From sequence record PZ019086.1: DNA of 64,000 bases. The stretch is one strand, 5' to 3'. Shown piece by piece: positions 13,944 to 24,887 of the stretch. Each line of letters begins with the position of its first letter. Within the stretch, counting starts at the first letter, position 1. A program made the position numbers and the translations under genes. The notes under the pieces were generated by a model, which did not search any database, was not told the origin of the DNA, and worked only from the letters and a program-made list of their open reading frames with translations. This DNA comes from a phage.

Positions 13944-15074
13944 TTATGGATAGGTATAGATGATACCAGTTTCTAAAGCAGTTTTATGAATGATGTATCC
14001 ATTGCGCGATTCTTGAACATCAACTTCTGGATAGTCTTTCATCATCTTCTGAAGAGTGTAACGATGCAAGTAGTACTTACTATCTGGGTCGTCAGTTTTC
14101 CAATCTTTACCTTCTTCAGTCATTTTTTGGATTTCATCCATAACCCACCAACCGCACCAGATGTAAGCTGAAGTGCGATGTGGAAGAGGATGAACATAAG
14201 GTAATTCACCTTCTGGTTCAGGAGCAACTTTATCAGTTACCTGAACTTGACCTTCTGCTGTGATAGTTTTGCTATCATAATCAGTAGCGGTAACAGTTGC
14301 AGTAACTTCAATAGTTTGACTTCCAACAGATGAGGTATCAACGGTGTATACGTTAGTTGACCCTTCTACAGGAGAAGAATCTTTCTTCCATGAATATTCG
14401 ATTTGCGCTTCTTCAGGAGCATCAGTGACATTAGCAGTAAATGTAGCCGAAGCATCTTGCTGAACGTTAATAGAAGGAGGAGTCAATGTAACCTGTGGAT
14501 TCATTGTCTTCTTATTAACAGTCAGTGATACTTCATTAGAAGTAACTTCTTTTGTATCGTAATCTGTCGCTGTTACTTGAGCTACGCATTTAATTCTTTT
14601 TACTCCACTTGTAGTTGGAGTATAGCTAAATGTAGCGGAAGTTGCTTCACTAACAGGAGAATCATCTACATGCCACTGATACGTAGCAGATGCGCCTGAT
14701 GGTTGAGAAGCTAAAGCAGCAGTAAATTCAACAGGAGTTCCAATCACTCCAGCAGCAGGACTATCAGGAGTTACAGCTAAGGTAGTTGTCTGTGTCTTAT
14801 TTTGAACTGTGATAGTTGTAGTAGCTTCTGCTGTTTCAGCATCAGTATCTGGAACTGTGTTTGTTGCAACTACTTTAATAGTTTTTTGACCGGCAGGTCC
14901 TTTTAGTACATAACTAAAAGTTGCTTCAGTTCCATCTTGTGGAACATCGTCTACAGTCCAAGCATATGTAATAGGTCCATCTCCAGTTTGACCACTGGGT
15001 GTAGCAGTAAACTGCTGAGTCTGATCTATAACTCCAGTAGGTGTTTTAGGAGTTATATCAACTGTAAAAGCCAT
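13944..15074 (-). CDS. hoc: Highly immunogenic outer capsid protein Hoc, Ig-like repeats, 376 aa
   Basis: 376 aa; repeated Ig-like segments and C-terminal capsid-binding region matching remembered T4 Hoc. Confidence 0.93.
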   Translation of the reverse strand: MAFTVDITPKTPTGVIDQTQQFTATPSGQTGDGPITYAWTVDDVPQDGTEATFSYVLKGPAGQKTIKVVATNTVPDTDAETAEATTTITVQNKTQTTTLAVTPDSPAAGVIGTPVEFTAALASQPSGASATYQWHVDDSPVSEATSATFSYTPTTSGVKRIKCVAQVTATDYDTKEVTSNEVSLTVNKKTMNPQVTLTPPSINVQQDASATFTANVTDAPEEAQIEYSWKKDSSPVEGSTNVYTVDTSSVGSQTIEVTATVTATDYDSKTITAEGQVQVTDKVAPEPEGELPYVHPLPHRTSAYIWCGWWVMDEIQKMTEEGKDWKTDDPDSKYYLHRYTLQKMMKDYPEVDVQESRNGYIIHKTALETGIIYTYP

Positions 15075-15083
15075 AAGTTATCC

Positions 15084-15764
15084 TTATTTTAATGTTACGA
15101 AAGAAGAATTACGTGTTTCACGAATTAGAACTGATCCGTCACGATTAATGTAGTAAATTAAGCTAAATAAAGTTTGGTGTGCCGACGCATGTTCAAAACT
15201 AGTTGGGTGAGATTTCCAATCCGGAGTTTCAGCAATCCATTGATAAATCCACCAAGGAACAGTGCAGAATCCTGGATTTTTTCCAATCAGCTGAAGATTC
15301 GGGCTAAAGTTTTCCGGAAGAGTAAATACAGACGGCTTTTCAGATTCAATAATCTTAGCTACAGCCTGCTCGAATTTTTCTTCAACAAAAGGAGTATCTT
15401 CAATCAAAACATCGGTATTTTCAGGAATTTTATCCATTTCTACTACTTCAATTTTAATGTCAGATTTAACCGGAGAATCAATCAGAAGTGCTGCCTCTGG
15501 ATTGACTTCTTCATCGTCATATTTTAATCCGTCTGCAGCATCAGCAGCATTAATTAAGTCTTTAATAGATAACCCATCAGTCTCTGGCATAGGTTCACTA
15601 GCGAGCTTCTGGAGGGCTTCTTCAATATCAATAACGATATTATCAAAAGATTTATTCTTTTTGACCTTTATACCAAACTGTTCAGCATATTCAGCTAATT
15701 TAGCCTTAGCTTCTTTATTATCATCAAGAGCCTTCAGCTCTGCAATATAATCTTTATCTATCAT
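15084..15764 (-). CDS. inh: Inhibitor of prohead protease (Inh), 226 aa
   Basis: 226 aa ORF next to hoc, as in T4. Confidence 0.85.
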   Translation of the reverse strand: MIDKDYIAELKALDDNKEAKAKLAEYAEQFGIKVKKNKSFDNIVIDIEEALQKLASEPMPETDGLSIKDLINAADAADGLKYDDEEVNPEAALLIDSPVKSDIKIEVVEMDKIPENTDVLIEDTPFVEEKFEQAVAKIIESEKPSVFTLPENFSPNLQLIGKNPGFCTVPWWIYQWIAETPDWKSHPTSFEHASAHQTLFSLIYYINRDGSVLIRETRNSSFVTLK

Positions 15765-15777
15765 AATATTTCCTCAG

Positions 15778-15785
15778 TATAAATA
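15778..15785 (+). promoter_or_regulatory. Late promoter-like TATAAATA upstream of uvsW
   Basis: Exact TATAAATA about 30 nt upstream of uvsW ATG in the divergent inh/uvsW gap. Confidence 0.55.
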
Positions 15786-15814
15786 TAGATATATTTATTA
15801 CATGGTATTTAGAC

Positions 15815-17326
15815 ATGACTGACATTAAAGTACATTTTTATGATTTTAGTCACGTGAGAATTGATTGTGAAGAAAGTACATTTCATGAACTCCGTGATTT
15901 CTTTAGCTTTGAAGCTGATGGGTATCGGTTTAATCCTCGCTTCAGATATGGCAACTGGGATGGACGAATCCGTCTTTTAGATTATAATCGTCTTCTTCCG
16001 TTTGGTTTAGTCGGGCAAATTAAAAAGTTCTGTGATAACTTTGGCTATAAAGCTTGGATTGACCCACAGATTAACGAAAAAGAAGAATTATCAAGAAAAG
16101 ATTTTGATGAATGGCTTTCTAAGTTAGAAATCTATTCAGGAAATAAAAGAATTGAACCACACTGGTATCAAAAAGATGCAGTGTTCGAAGGATTAGTTAA
16201 TCGTCGTAGAATTCTTAATCTTCCAACATCCGCAGGTAAATCTTTAATTCAAGCTTTGCTTGCACGTTATTATTTGGAAAATTATGAAGGTAAAATTCTT
16301 ATCATTGTTCCAACAACTGCTCTGACAACTCAGATGGCTGATGACTTTGTTGACTATCGTTTATTCAGTCATGCAATGATAAAGAAAATTGGTGGTGGAG
16401 CATCAAAAGATGATAAATATAAAAATGATGCACCGGTAATTGTTGGTACATGGCAAACTGTAGTAAAACAACCGAAAGAATGGTTCTCACAGTTTGGAAT
16501 GATGATGAATGATGAATGTCATCTTGCTACAGGAAAAAGTATTTCATCTATCATATCAGGTTTAAATAACTGTATGTTCAAATTCGGTTTGTCCGGTTCA
16601 TTACGTGATGGCAAAGCTAATATCATGCAGTATGTTGGAATGTTTGGTGAAATATTTAAGCCAGTAACGACCTCTAAATTAATGGAAGATGGACAAGTAA
16701 CTGAGTTAAAAATTAATAGCATTTTTCTTCGCTATCCCGATGAGTTCACTACTAAATTAAAGGGAAAAACTTACCAAGAAGAAATAAAAATTATTACTGG
16801 GCTCAGTAAAAGAAATAAATGGATCGCTAAATTAGCTATTAAGCTTGCGCAAAAAGATGAAAACGCTTTTGTCATGTTTAAACATGTATCACATGGTAAA
16901 GCTATTTTCGATTTAATTAAAAATGAATACGATAAAGTTTATTACGTATCAGGGGAAGTTGATACCGAAACCCGCAACGTAATGAAAACCTTAGCTGAAA
17001 ACGGTAAAGGAATAATTATAGTAGCTAGTTATGGTGTGTTTTCTACTGGTATTTCAGTTAAAAATCTGCATCACGTTGTTTTAGCACACGGCGTTAAATC
17101 TAAAATTATCGTATTGCAAACAATAGGTCGCGTATTACGTAAGCATGGTTCCAAAACAATCGCAACGGTCTGGGACCTCATAGATGATTGCGGTGTTAAG
17201 CCAAAATCTGCTAATACGAAAAAGAAATACGTTCATTTGAACTATCTTTTAAAACACGGCATTGATCGTATTCAGCGCTACGCAGATGAAAAATTTAATT
17301 ACGTAATGAAAACAGTTAATTTATAA
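15815..17326 (+). CDS. uvsW: UvsW DNA/RNA helicase (SF2), 503 aa
   Basis: Helicase motifs (PTSAGKS Walker A, DECH box); length and position as T4 uvsW. Confidence 0.93.
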   Translation: MTDIKVHFYDFSHVRIDCEESTFHELRDFFSFEADGYRFNPRFRYGNWDGRIRLLDYNRLLPFGLVGQIKKFCDNFGYKAWIDPQINEKEELSRKDFDEWLSKLEIYSGNKRIEPHWYQKDAVFEGLVNRRRILNLPTSAGKSLIQALLARYYLENYEGKILIIVPTTALTTQMADDFVDYRLFSHAMIKKIGGGASKDDKYKNDAPVIVGTWQTVVKQPKEWFSQFGMMMNDECHLATGKSISSIISGLNNCMFKFGLSGSLRDGKANIMQYVGMFGEIFKPVTTSKLMEDGQVTELKINSIFLRYPDEFTTKLKGKTYQEEIKIITGLSKRNKWIAKLAIKLAQKDENAFVMFKHVSHGKAIFDLIKNEYDKVYYVSGEVDTETRNVMKTLAENGKGIIIVASYGVFSTGISVKNLHHVVLAHGVKSKIIVLQTIGRVLRKHGSKTIATVWDLIDDCGVKPKSANTKKKYVHLNYLLKHGIDRIQRYADEKFNYVMKTVNL

Positions 17327-17351
17327 GGGCTTCGGCCCTTTGGAGAAAAAG

Positions 17352-17582
17352 ATGTTACTAGAATTTAAACAATTTCTTTATGAAGCTTCTATTGATGAAT
17401 TTATGGGTAAAATTGCCTCTTGTCAAACATTAGAAGGTCTAGAAGAACTTGAAGCTTATTACAAGAAAAGAGTTAAAGAAACTGAATTAAAAGATACTGA
17501 TGACATCTCTGTGAGAGATGCTTTGGCGGGAAAAAGAGCTGAATTAGAAGATTCAGACGATGAAGTAGAAGAAAGCTTTTAA
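17352..17582 (+). CDS. uvsW.1: UvsW.1 small acidic protein, 76 aa
   Basis: ATG at 17352 preceded by GGAG; ORF-track start is an upstream TTG; separated from uvsW by a short hairpin. Confidence 0.7.
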   Translation: MLLEFKQFLYEASIDEFMGKIASCQTLEGLEELEAYYKKRVKETELKDTDDISVRDALAGKRAELEDSDDEVEESF

Positions 17583-17637
17583 ATTAAAAAAGGCCCAACC
17601 AAAAAGGAAGGGCCAAAACTATAGACTAAAGGTCACA

Positions 17638-17805
17638 CTATAGCAAAAGTTGTGTTTCATTTAATTGTTCTTCCGAACTTTCTGAAACTGGTAGTTCTTT
17701 AATGTAATTATAACAAGGCCCAGGATGTACAGGACCTTTGTCTGTTTCAACAACCAATGCAGAATCGATTGGAGTTTTACAGACAACGCAAATCTTATCT
17801 GACAT
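17638..17805 (-). CDS. Small Cys-containing protein, 55 aa, absent from the ORF track (<60 aa)
   Basis: Minus-strand ATG preceded by GAGGAGA; translation MSDKICVVCKTPIDSALVVETDKGPVHPGPCYNY...; T4 has small uvsY.-1/-2 ORFs here. Confidence 0.45.
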   Translation of the reverse strand: MSDKICVVCKTPIDSALVVETDKGPVHPGPCYNYIKELPVSESSEEQLNETQLLL

Positions 17806-17833
17806 GATTGTCTCCTCTAAATTATATATCTAT

Positions 17834-18058
17834 TTATATAACTCTCATATGCATATCAATGCCCATATCTTTAGAATAAAAATATTCATCAAGATATCCG
17901 GCAAATTTTCCTTTAATATAAAGGACATCTTCACCACATGGGTGATCGGCCAGGATACGAATATCCTGACGCTTAAGATTATGCTTTTTCATTAAGAATT
18001 GAATTTCCGTTTCAAATTCTTCTTCATAATTAAAAGCATCATCAATGCTATATCTCAT
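17834..18058 (-). CDS. Hypothetical protein (T4 uvsY.-2 position), 74 aa
   Basis: ORF whose start overlaps uvsY stop. Confidence 0.55.
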   Translation of the reverse strand: MRYSIDDAFNYEEEFETEIQFLMKKHNLKRQDIRILADHPCGEDVLYIKGKFAGYLDEYFYSKDMGIDMHMRVI

Positions 18059-18471
18059 TATTTTCCAGCCTCAAATGCTCGCATGTCTTGAATATGCTTA
18101 ATAGCAAATCCGCGTGATTTAATAGCATCAAGAGCTCCGCTACAGAAATCCAATAAAATTCCCCAATATTGTAATGAAGTATCAACTTTTAAAACATCCT
18201 TATCAGCTGATAGAACTGTCTTCATTTCTGATTTCTCATAACGGTCCATACTAAATTCATCACCATCTCCTCGTCCCGAGTAGTAGTCTAATTTAGCTTT
18301 AAGAGCAACTTTTTTCTGTGCTTCAATTCTAAGCATTTCCTTTTTAATACTTGAATGCTTATTAAGCCATTTACTATATAACATCACATTATTAGCTGCT
18401 TCATACTGTAATTTAGTCGAATCTATAAACACATCTTTCTTCAATTCTTCTTGAAGATCTTCTAATCTCAT
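18058..18471 (-). CDS. uvsY: UvsY recombination mediator, 137 aa
   Basis: 137 aa, matches remembered T4 UvsY. Confidence 0.93.
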   Translation of the reverse strand: MRLEDLQEELKKDVFIDSTKLQYEAANNVMLYSKWLNKHSSIKKEMLRIEAQKKVALKAKLDYYSGRGDGDEFSMDRYEKSEMKTVLSADKDVLKVDTSLQYWGILLDFCSGALDAIKSRGFAIKHIQDMRAFEAGK

Positions 18472-18510
18472 ATTGTTCTCTATTCAATTGTTATTGGATG
18501 GACTTAGATT

Positions 18511-18540
18511 CATTATACCACGTTTATACGTGAAGCATTA
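18511..18540 (-). promoter_or_regulatory. Candidate MotA-dependent middle promoter for uvsY
   Basis: Minus strand reads TAATGCTTCA (MotA box-like) then 13 nt then TATAAT, about 40 nt upstream of uvsY. Confidence 0.45.
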
Positions 18541-18936
18541 TACTCTATTACTGGAAGCCAGTTGCAGTTTTATCTGCTCAATATCATCAGGGTTATCGAT
18601 GACCGAAAAGCGTATTTCTACTATCAGAGTATAATCATCATAAACTGGTATTACATTAACTGCTAATTTATCAATACGCGGCTCGTAGTTTCTTACTGCG
18701 CTTTCGATGTTACGCTCAACTGTATCAGCAGTAAGAGGAGTCATATTCTCAAAAAGTTGATCAGATAAATCGCATCCAAATTCTGGGTCAAAAGGCCTCG
18801 ACCCTTTTCTGGTTGTAATAATTCCTAAAAGACTATTTTTAATTGACCTTAATCCAAGAGACCTGGAAACGTCTTTGTCCCAATCCATTTTCATTTCTGG
18901 GTCAATGTCAGAATAAAGCTTATTAATATTTGCCAT
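18538..18936 (-). CDS. 25: Baseplate wedge protein gp25, 132 aa
   Basis: 132 aa; position before uvsY as in T4. Confidence 0.93.
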   Translation of the reverse strand: MANINKLYSDIDPEMKMDWDKDVSRSLGLRSIKNSLLGIITTRKGSRPFDPEFGCDLSDQLFENMTPLTADTVERNIESAVRNYEPRIDKLAVNVIPVYDDYTLIVEIRFSVIDNPDDIEQIKLQLASSNRV

Positions 18937-19562
18937 TACAATAGCTCAAAGAATTCTTTGAGTCCTCTTATTACATGAGCGTGAGTTTTTCCACACTCTG
19001 GACACTTAATTGGAACAGCCAAATAAACAGTAGGCTTTAAAAGCATATCTTTTATAGCTACAATATCTGACTCTGTGATGATAGAATATAAATCTTCCAA
19101 CTCTTTTTCATTCAAGTCTTCAATTGGAATGCTTTCACCGTTAGCATGAATTGTTTCTATACATGATACTATCATGTGGGCTATGTTTTTATCATCAAAA
19201 ATTTTAGGGTAATGGAACTTAATTTTAATGTCACCCAGTGTATACCAGAGGTCTTCTGGTGCATCTATTTGTGTATGTAATAGATTTATATGGGTTGGTA
19301 TTTCAGTTCCACAGGTGCACTTCCAGGAGTTTTCGTGATTAACTTCTCCAAGAGAATGCGCCCATAAATGAATCAACAACAGTTCTGATTCTTGGCGGTT
19401 TAAATCTTTTGCATTTGTACAGTCTTTAATTAGCTTTTTAACGATCTCTTCTACTGAACCGTTCTTTTTAGCAGTAATAAGTTCTAGATATTCTTTAAGA
19501 GTAAATGCGCGACAGTTGATTATTTTAGAACCAACTCTCACGTCAAATTTGTATTCATACAT
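18936..19562 (-). CDS. 26: Baseplate hub protein gp26, 208 aa
   Basis: 208 aa; divergent from gene 51 as in T4. Confidence 0.9.
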   Translation of the reverse strand: MYEYKFDVRVGSKIINCRAFTLKEYLELITAKKNGSVEEIVKKLIKDCTNAKDLNRQESELLLIHLWAHSLGEVNHENSWKCTCGTEIPTHINLLHTQIDAPEDLWYTLGDIKIKFHYPKIFDDKNIAHMIVSCIETIHANGESIPIEDLNEKELEDLYSIITESDIVAIKDMLLKPTVYLAVPIKCPECGKTHAHVIRGLKEFFELL

Positions 19563-19584
19563 ATTTAGCTCCTTTATTTATCAT

Positions 19585-19595
19585 ATTTATAAATA
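19585..19595. promoter_or_regulatory. Bidirectional late promoter: overlapping TATAAATA on both strands between genes 26 and 51
   Basis: Plus-strand TATTTATAAATA: TATAAATA at 19588-19595 for gene 51; its reverse complement at 19585-19592 gives TATAAATA for gene 26. Confidence 0.65.
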
Positions 19596-19612
19596 GAATA
19601 AAAGGAGCATCT

Positions 19613-20362
19613 ATGGCAAACATTATTCGTTGTAAATTACCAGATGGTGTTCATCGTTTTAAACCATTTACGGTAGAAGATTATCGAGATTTTTTGTTAG
19701 TTCGAAACGATATAGAACATCGGTCACCACAAGAACAAAAAGAAATAATTGCTGATTTAATTGCCGATTATTTTGGAGACTATCCGAAGACTTGGCAACC
19801 ATTTATATTTTTGCAGGTATTTGTAGGGTCAATAGGTAAAACTAAAGTACCGGTCACATTTGTATGTCCAAAATGTAAAAAAGAAAAGACAGTTCCATTT
19901 GAAATATATCAAAAAGAATTAAAGGAACCTGTTTTTGATGTAGCTAATGTTAAAATTAAATTAAAGTTTCCTTCTGAGTTTTATGAAAATAAAGCAAAGA
20001 TGATTACTGAAAATATTCATTCTGTTCAAGTAGATGAAACATGGTATGATTGGAAGGAAATTAGCGAATCGAGTCAAATAGAACTTGTTGATGCCATCGA
20101 GATAGAAACATTAGAAAAAATTCTCGATGCAATGAATCCTATTAATTTAACATTGCATATGTCATGTTGTAATAAGTATGTAAAAAAATACACTGATATA
20201 GTAGATGTGTTTAAGCTATTAGTTAACCCAGATGAAATATTTACTTTTTATCAAATTAATCACACACTCGTAAAAAGTAATTATAGTTTAAATTCAATAA
20301 TGAAAATGATTCCTGCCGAGCGCGGATTCGTATTAAAACTGATTGAGAAGGATAAACAATAA
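19613..20362 (+). CDS. 51: Baseplate hub assembly catalyst gp51, 249 aa
   Basis: 249 aa; position and length as T4 gp51. Confidence 0.9.
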   Translation: MANIIRCKLPDGVHRFKPFTVEDYRDFLLVRNDIEHRSPQEQKEIIADLIADYFGDYPKTWQPFIFLQVFVGSIGKTKVPVTFVCPKCKKEKTVPFEIYQKELKEPVFDVANVKIKLKFPSEFYENKAKMITENIHSVQVDETWYDWKEISESSQIELVDAIEIETLEKILDAMNPINLTLHMSCCNKYVKKYTDIVDVFKLLVNPDEIFTFYQINHTLVKSNYSLNSIMKMIPAERGFVLKLIEKDKQ

Positions 20363-21537
20363 TGAGTATGTTGCAACGCCCAGGATATCCAAATCTCAGC
20401 GTTAAATTGTTTGATAGTTACGACGCTTGGAGTAATAATAGATTTGTTGAATTAGCTGCTACTATTACCACATTAACTATGCGGGATTCTCTTTATGGCC
20501 GAAATGAAGGAATGCTGCAGTTTTATGATTCTAAAAACATTCATACAAAAATGGATGGAAATGAAATAATTCAGATTTCTGTAGCTAATGCAAACGATAT
20601 TAATAATGTTAAAACAAGAATTTATGGATGTAAGCATTTTTCCGTGTCAGTAGATTCAAAGGGTGATAACATCATTGCTATTGAATTGGGAACTATTCAT
20701 TCCATAGAAAATCTTAAATTTGGCAGACCGTTTTTCCCTGATGCAGGTGAATCTATAAAGGAAATGCTTGGCGTCATTTATCAAGATCGCACATTATTAA
20801 CTCCAGCAATAAATGCTATAAATGCTTATGTTCCTGATATTCCGTGGACTAGTACATTTGAAAACTATTTATCGTATGTTAGAGAAGTTGCTCTAGCTGT
20901 AGGAAGTGACAAATTTGTGTTTGTGTGGCAAGACATCATGGGAGTTAACATGATGGACTATGATATGATGATAAATCAAGAACCATATCCAATGATTGTC
21001 GGTGAGCCATCTTTAATAGGTCAATTCATCCAAGAATTAAAATATCCATTAGCATATGATTTCGTTTGGTTGACTAAATCGAATCCTCACAAACGTGACC
21101 CAATGAAAAACGCTACTATCTATGCGCATTCATTTTTAGATTCTTCATTGCCAATGATTACTACAGGAAAGGGAGAAAACTCTATTGTAGTGTCAAGGTC
21201 AGGTGCTTATTCTGAAATGACTTATAGGAATGGATATGAAGAAGCTATTCGTCTTCAAACTATGGCACAATACGATGGTTATGCTAAATGTTCTACTGTC
21301 GGTAATTTTAACTTGACACCTGGCGTTAAAATTATTTTTAACGATAGTAAAAACCAATTTAAAACAGAATTTTACGTTGATGAAGTTATCCACGAATTAT
21401 CCAATAATAATTCAGTAACTCATCTATATATGTTCACTAATGCAACGAAACTGGAAACAATAGACCCAGTTAAGGTTAAAAATGAATTTAAATCTGATAC
21501 TACCACTGAAGAAAGTAGTTCTTCCAATAAGCAATAA
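20362..21537 (+). CDS. 27: Baseplate hub protein gp27, 391 aa
   Basis: 391 aa; synteny 51-27-28-29. Confidence 0.93.
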   Translation: MSMLQRPGYPNLSVKLFDSYDAWSNNRFVELAATITTLTMRDSLYGRNEGMLQFYDSKNIHTKMDGNEIIQISVANANDINNVKTRIYGCKHFSVSVDSKGDNIIAIELGTIHSIENLKFGRPFFPDAGESIKEMLGVIYQDRTLLTPAINAINAYVPDIPWTSTFENYLSYVREVALAVGSDKFVFVWQDIMGVNMMDYDMMINQEPYPMIVGEPSLIGQFIQELKYPLAYDFVWLTKSNPHKRDPMKNATIYAHSFLDSSLPMITTGKGENSIVVSRSGAYSEMTYRNGYEEAIRLQTMAQYDGYAKCSTVGNFNLTPGVKIIFNDSKNQFKTEFYVDEVIHELSNNNSVTHLYMFTNATKLETIDPVKVKNEFKSDTTTEESSSSNKQ

Positions 21538-22015
21538 AGAAGTTTCTATTCCTAAAATGGGTCTTAAACATTATAACATTTTAAAAGATGTTAAAGGTCC
21601 TGATGAAAATTTAAAACTTCTTATTGATTCTATTTGTCCGAATTTATCACCGGCAGAAGTTGATTTCGTTTCCATTCATTTATTGGAATTTAATGGAAAG
21701 ATTAAATCTCGTAAAGAAATAGATGGTTATACTTATGACATTAATGATGTTTATGTATGCCAAAGATTAGAATTTCAATACCAAGGAAATACATTTTATT
21801 TTAGACCTCCTGGAAAATTTGAACAATTTTTAACAGTGAGCGATATGTTATCCAAATGCTTGCTTAAGGTCAATGATGAAGTTAAAGAAATTAATTTTCT
21901 TGAGATGCCAGCATTCGTTTTAAAATGGGCAAATGATATTTTTACAACTTTAGCAATTCCTGGCCCTAATGGTCCAATAACTGGAATTGGCAATATTATT
22001 GGATTATTTGAATGA
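21482..22015 (+). CDS. 28: Baseplate hub distal protein gp28, 177 aa
   Basis: 177 aa; overlaps gene 27 end in another frame. Confidence 0.9.
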   Translation: MNLNLILPLKKVVLPISNKEVSIPKMGLKHYNILKDVKGPDENLKLLIDSICPNLSPAEVDFVSIHLLEFNGKIKSRKEIDGYTYDINDVYVCQRLEFQYQGNTFYFRPPGKFEQFLTVSDMLSKCLLKVNDEVKEINFLEMPAFVLKWANDIFTTLAIPGPNGPITGIGNIIGLFE

Positions 22016-23784
22016 AAAAGCCACAAGAAATGCAAACGATGCGTAGAAAAGTTATTTCAGATAATAAACCAACACAGGAAGCGGCTAAATCCGCTTCTAA
22101 CACTTTATCTGGACTTAACGATATATCTACGAAATTGGATGATGCTCAAGCTGCTTCTGAATTAATTGCTCAAACTGTTGAAGAAAAATCGAATGAAATA
22201 ATTGGAGCAATTGACAATGTAGAAAGCGCAGTGAGTGATACTACTGCTGGTTCTGAGTTAATTGCTGAAACTGTCGAAATTGGTAATAATATTAATAAAG
22301 AAATCGGTGAATCGCTCGGGAGCAAATTAGATAAATTAACAAGTTTACTAGAGCAAAAAATTCAGACAGCTGGAATTCAACAAACAGGAACTAGTTTAGC
22401 TACGGTTGAAAGCGCTATTCCTGTTAAAGTTGTTGAGGACGATACAGCTGAATCTGTGGGTCCTTTATTACCGGCTCCTGAAGCAGTTAATAATGATCCT
22501 GATGCTGATTTTTTCCCTATCCCTCAGCCAGTTGAACCCAAACAAGAATCACCAGAAGAAAAACAGAAAAAAGACGCATTTAACTTAAAATTATCTCAAG
22601 CTTTAGATAAATTAACAAAGACTGTTGATTTCGGATTTAAAAAATCTATTTCAATTACTGATAAAATATCAAGCATGCTATTTAAGTATACCGTCAGTGC
22701 TGCTATTGAAGCTGCTAAAATGACAGCAATGATATTGGCTGTTGTTGTCGGAATAGACCTGTTGATGGTTCATTTCAAATATTGGTCAGATAAATTTTCA
22801 CAGGCTTGGGATTTGTTTAGTTCAAACTTTACTAAATTCTCTAGCGAAACCGGAACATGGAGTCCTTTATTACAGAGCATCTTTAGTTCTATTGATGAAA
22901 TTAAAAAATTCTGGGAAGAGGGAGATTGGGGCGGTTTGACGGTAGCTATTGTAGAAGGGCTTGGAAAGGTTCTTTATAATTTAGGAGAACTTATTCAGCT
23001 TGGAATGGCTAAATTATCTGCTGCAATTCTTCGAGTCATTCCTGGCATGAAGGATACTGCTGATGAAGTAGAAGGAAGAGCGCTAGAAAATTTCCAAAAT
23101 TCTACTGGTGCATCTCTCAATAAAGAAGACCAGGAAAAAGTTGCAAATTATCAAGATAAACGAATGAACGGAGACCTTGGTCCGATAGCAAAAGGATTAG
23201 ATAAAATTGCTAATTGGAAAACTCGTGCATCTAACTGGATTCGTGGGGTTGATAATAAAGAAGCACTAACTACCGACGAAGAACGTGCAGCAGAAGAAGA
23301 AAAATTAAAGCAACTTTCACCAGAAGAAAGAAAAAATGCTTTAATGAAGGCTAATGAAGCCCGTGCCGCGATGATTCGTTTTGAAAAATATGCTGATTCT
23401 GCTGATATGAGTAAAGACTCAACGGTTAAATCAGTTGAAGCTGCCTATGAAGACCTTAAAAAACGGATGGATGACCCGGATTTAAATAATTCACCGGCAG
23501 TTAAAAAAGAGCTTGCTGCTAGATTTTCTAAAATTGATGCTACTTATCAAGAGCTCAAGAAAAATCAGCCTAATGCCAAACCTCAAACTTCTGCTAAATC
23601 GCCAGAAGCAAAACAAGTCCAGGTAATAGAAAAGAACAAAGCACAGCAAGCTCCTGTTCAACAAGCATCTCCTTCGATCAATAATACTAATAATGTTGTT
23701 AAGAAAAATACTGTCGTTCATAATATGACACCCGTAACGAGCACGACTGCTCCTGGTGTATTTGATGCGACTGGAGTTAATTAA
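22012..23784 (+). CDS. 29: Tail tape measure / tube-associated baseplate protein gp29, 590 aa
   Basis: 590 aa, as T4 gp29. Confidence 0.93.
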   Translation: MKKPQEMQTMRRKVISDNKPTQEAAKSASNTLSGLNDISTKLDDAQAASELIAQTVEEKSNEIIGAIDNVESAVSDTTAGSELIAETVEIGNNINKEIGESLGSKLDKLTSLLEQKIQTAGIQQTGTSLATVESAIPVKVVEDDTAESVGPLLPAPEAVNNDPDADFFPIPQPVEPKQESPEEKQKKDAFNLKLSQALDKLTKTVDFGFKKSISITDKISSMLFKYTVSAAIEAAKMTAMILAVVVGIDLLMVHFKYWSDKFSQAWDLFSSNFTKFSSETGTWSPLLQSIFSSIDEIKKFWEEGDWGGLTVAIVEGLGKVLYNLGELIQLGMAKLSAAILRVIPGMKDTADEVEGRALENFQNSTGASLNKEDQEKVANYQDKRMNGDLGPIAKGLDKIANWKTRASNWIRGVDNKEALTTDEERAAEEEKLKQLSPEERKNALMKANEARAAMIRFEKYADSADMSKDSTVKSVEAAYEDLKKRMDDPDLNNSPAVKKELAARFSKIDATYQELKKNQPNAKPQTSAKSPEAKQVQVIEKNKAQQAPVQQASPSINNTNNVVKKNTVVHNMTPVTSTTAPGVFDATGVN

Positions 23785-23792
23785 GGAATAAT

Positions 23793-24887
23793 ATGGCAAT
23801 TGTTAAAGAAATAACTGCTGATTTAATTAAAAAGTCCGGTGAGAAAATTTCAGCCGGACAGAGTACTAAATCAGAAGTAGCAACTAAAACATACACTGCC
23901 CAGTTTCCAACTGGGCGTGCTAGTGGTAATGACACTACAGGGGACTTCCAGGTAACAGATCTATATAAGAATGGATTATTATTTACTGCATACAATATGT
24001 CATCTAGGGATTCTGGAAGTCTTAGATCGATGAGATCTAACTACTCTTCTTCATCTTCGAGTATTTTAAGTACAGCTAGAAACACTATTAGTAGTACAGT
24101 ATCAAAACTGTCAAATGGATTAATATCAAACAATAATTCAGGAACAATAAGTAAAGCTCCTGTCGCAAATATTCTTTTACCGAGATCTAAATCTGATGTT
24201 GATACATCATCACATAGATTTAATGATGTTCAAGAAAGTCTTATCAGTAGAGGCGGAGGTACTGCTACTGGTGTGTTAAGTAATATTGCTTCAACTGCAG
24301 TATTTGGGGCACTGGAAAGTATAACACAGGGTATAATGGCTGATAATAATGAACAGATTTATACGACAGCCAGAAGTATGTATGGCGGTGCTGAGAATAG
24401 AACTAAAGTGTTTACATGGGATTTGACTCCACGTTCAACAGAAGATTTGATGGCTATTATCAATATCTATCAATATTTTAACTATTTTTCTTATGGTGAA
24501 ACGGGCAAATCTCAATATGCTGCTGAAATAAAGGGGTATTTAGATGATTGGTATCGTTCTACATTAATTGAACCTTTATCTCCGGAAGACGCGGCTAAAA
24601 ATAAAACACTATTTGAGAAAATGACATCGAGTTTAACTAACGTTCTAGTAGTTTCAAACCCGACAATTTGGATGGTGAAAAACTTTGGTGCAACATCTAA
24701 GTTTGATGGAAAAACGGAAATATTTGGTCCATGCCAAATACAGAGCATCAGATTTGATAAAACACCTAATGGTAACTTTAACGGATTAGCTATTGCTCCA
24801 AACCTCCCTAGTACATTTACTCTTGAGATTACTATGAGAGAAATTATCACGTTAAACCGTGCTTCTTTATATGCGGGGACTTTTTAA
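23793..24887 (+). CDS. 48: Baseplate tail tube cap gp48, 364 aa
   Basis: 364 aa; synteny. Confidence 0.93.
   Translation: MAIVKEITADLIKKSGEKISAGQSTKSEVATKTYTAQFPTGRASGNDTTGDFQVTDLYKNGLLFTAYNMSSRDSGSLRSMRSNYSSSSSSILSTARNTISSTVSKLSNGLISNNNSGTISKAPVANILLPRSKSDVDTSSHRFNDVQESLISRGGGTATGVLSNIASTAVFGALESITQGIMADNNEQIYTTARSMYGGAENRTKVFTWDLTPRSTEDLMAIINIYQYFNYFSYGETGKSQYAAEIKGYLDDWYRSTLIEPLSPEDAAKNKTLFEKMTSSLTNVLVVSNPTIWMVKNFGATSKFDGKTEIFGPCQIQSIRFDKTPNGNFNGLAIAPNLPSTFTLEITMREIITLNRASLYAGTF

Noticed and set aside
17738-17995. 85-aa plus-strand ORF overlapping the uvsY.-2 position
   Set aside because: AT-rich low-complexity translation; overlaps a minus-strand ORF that fits the operon structure better.
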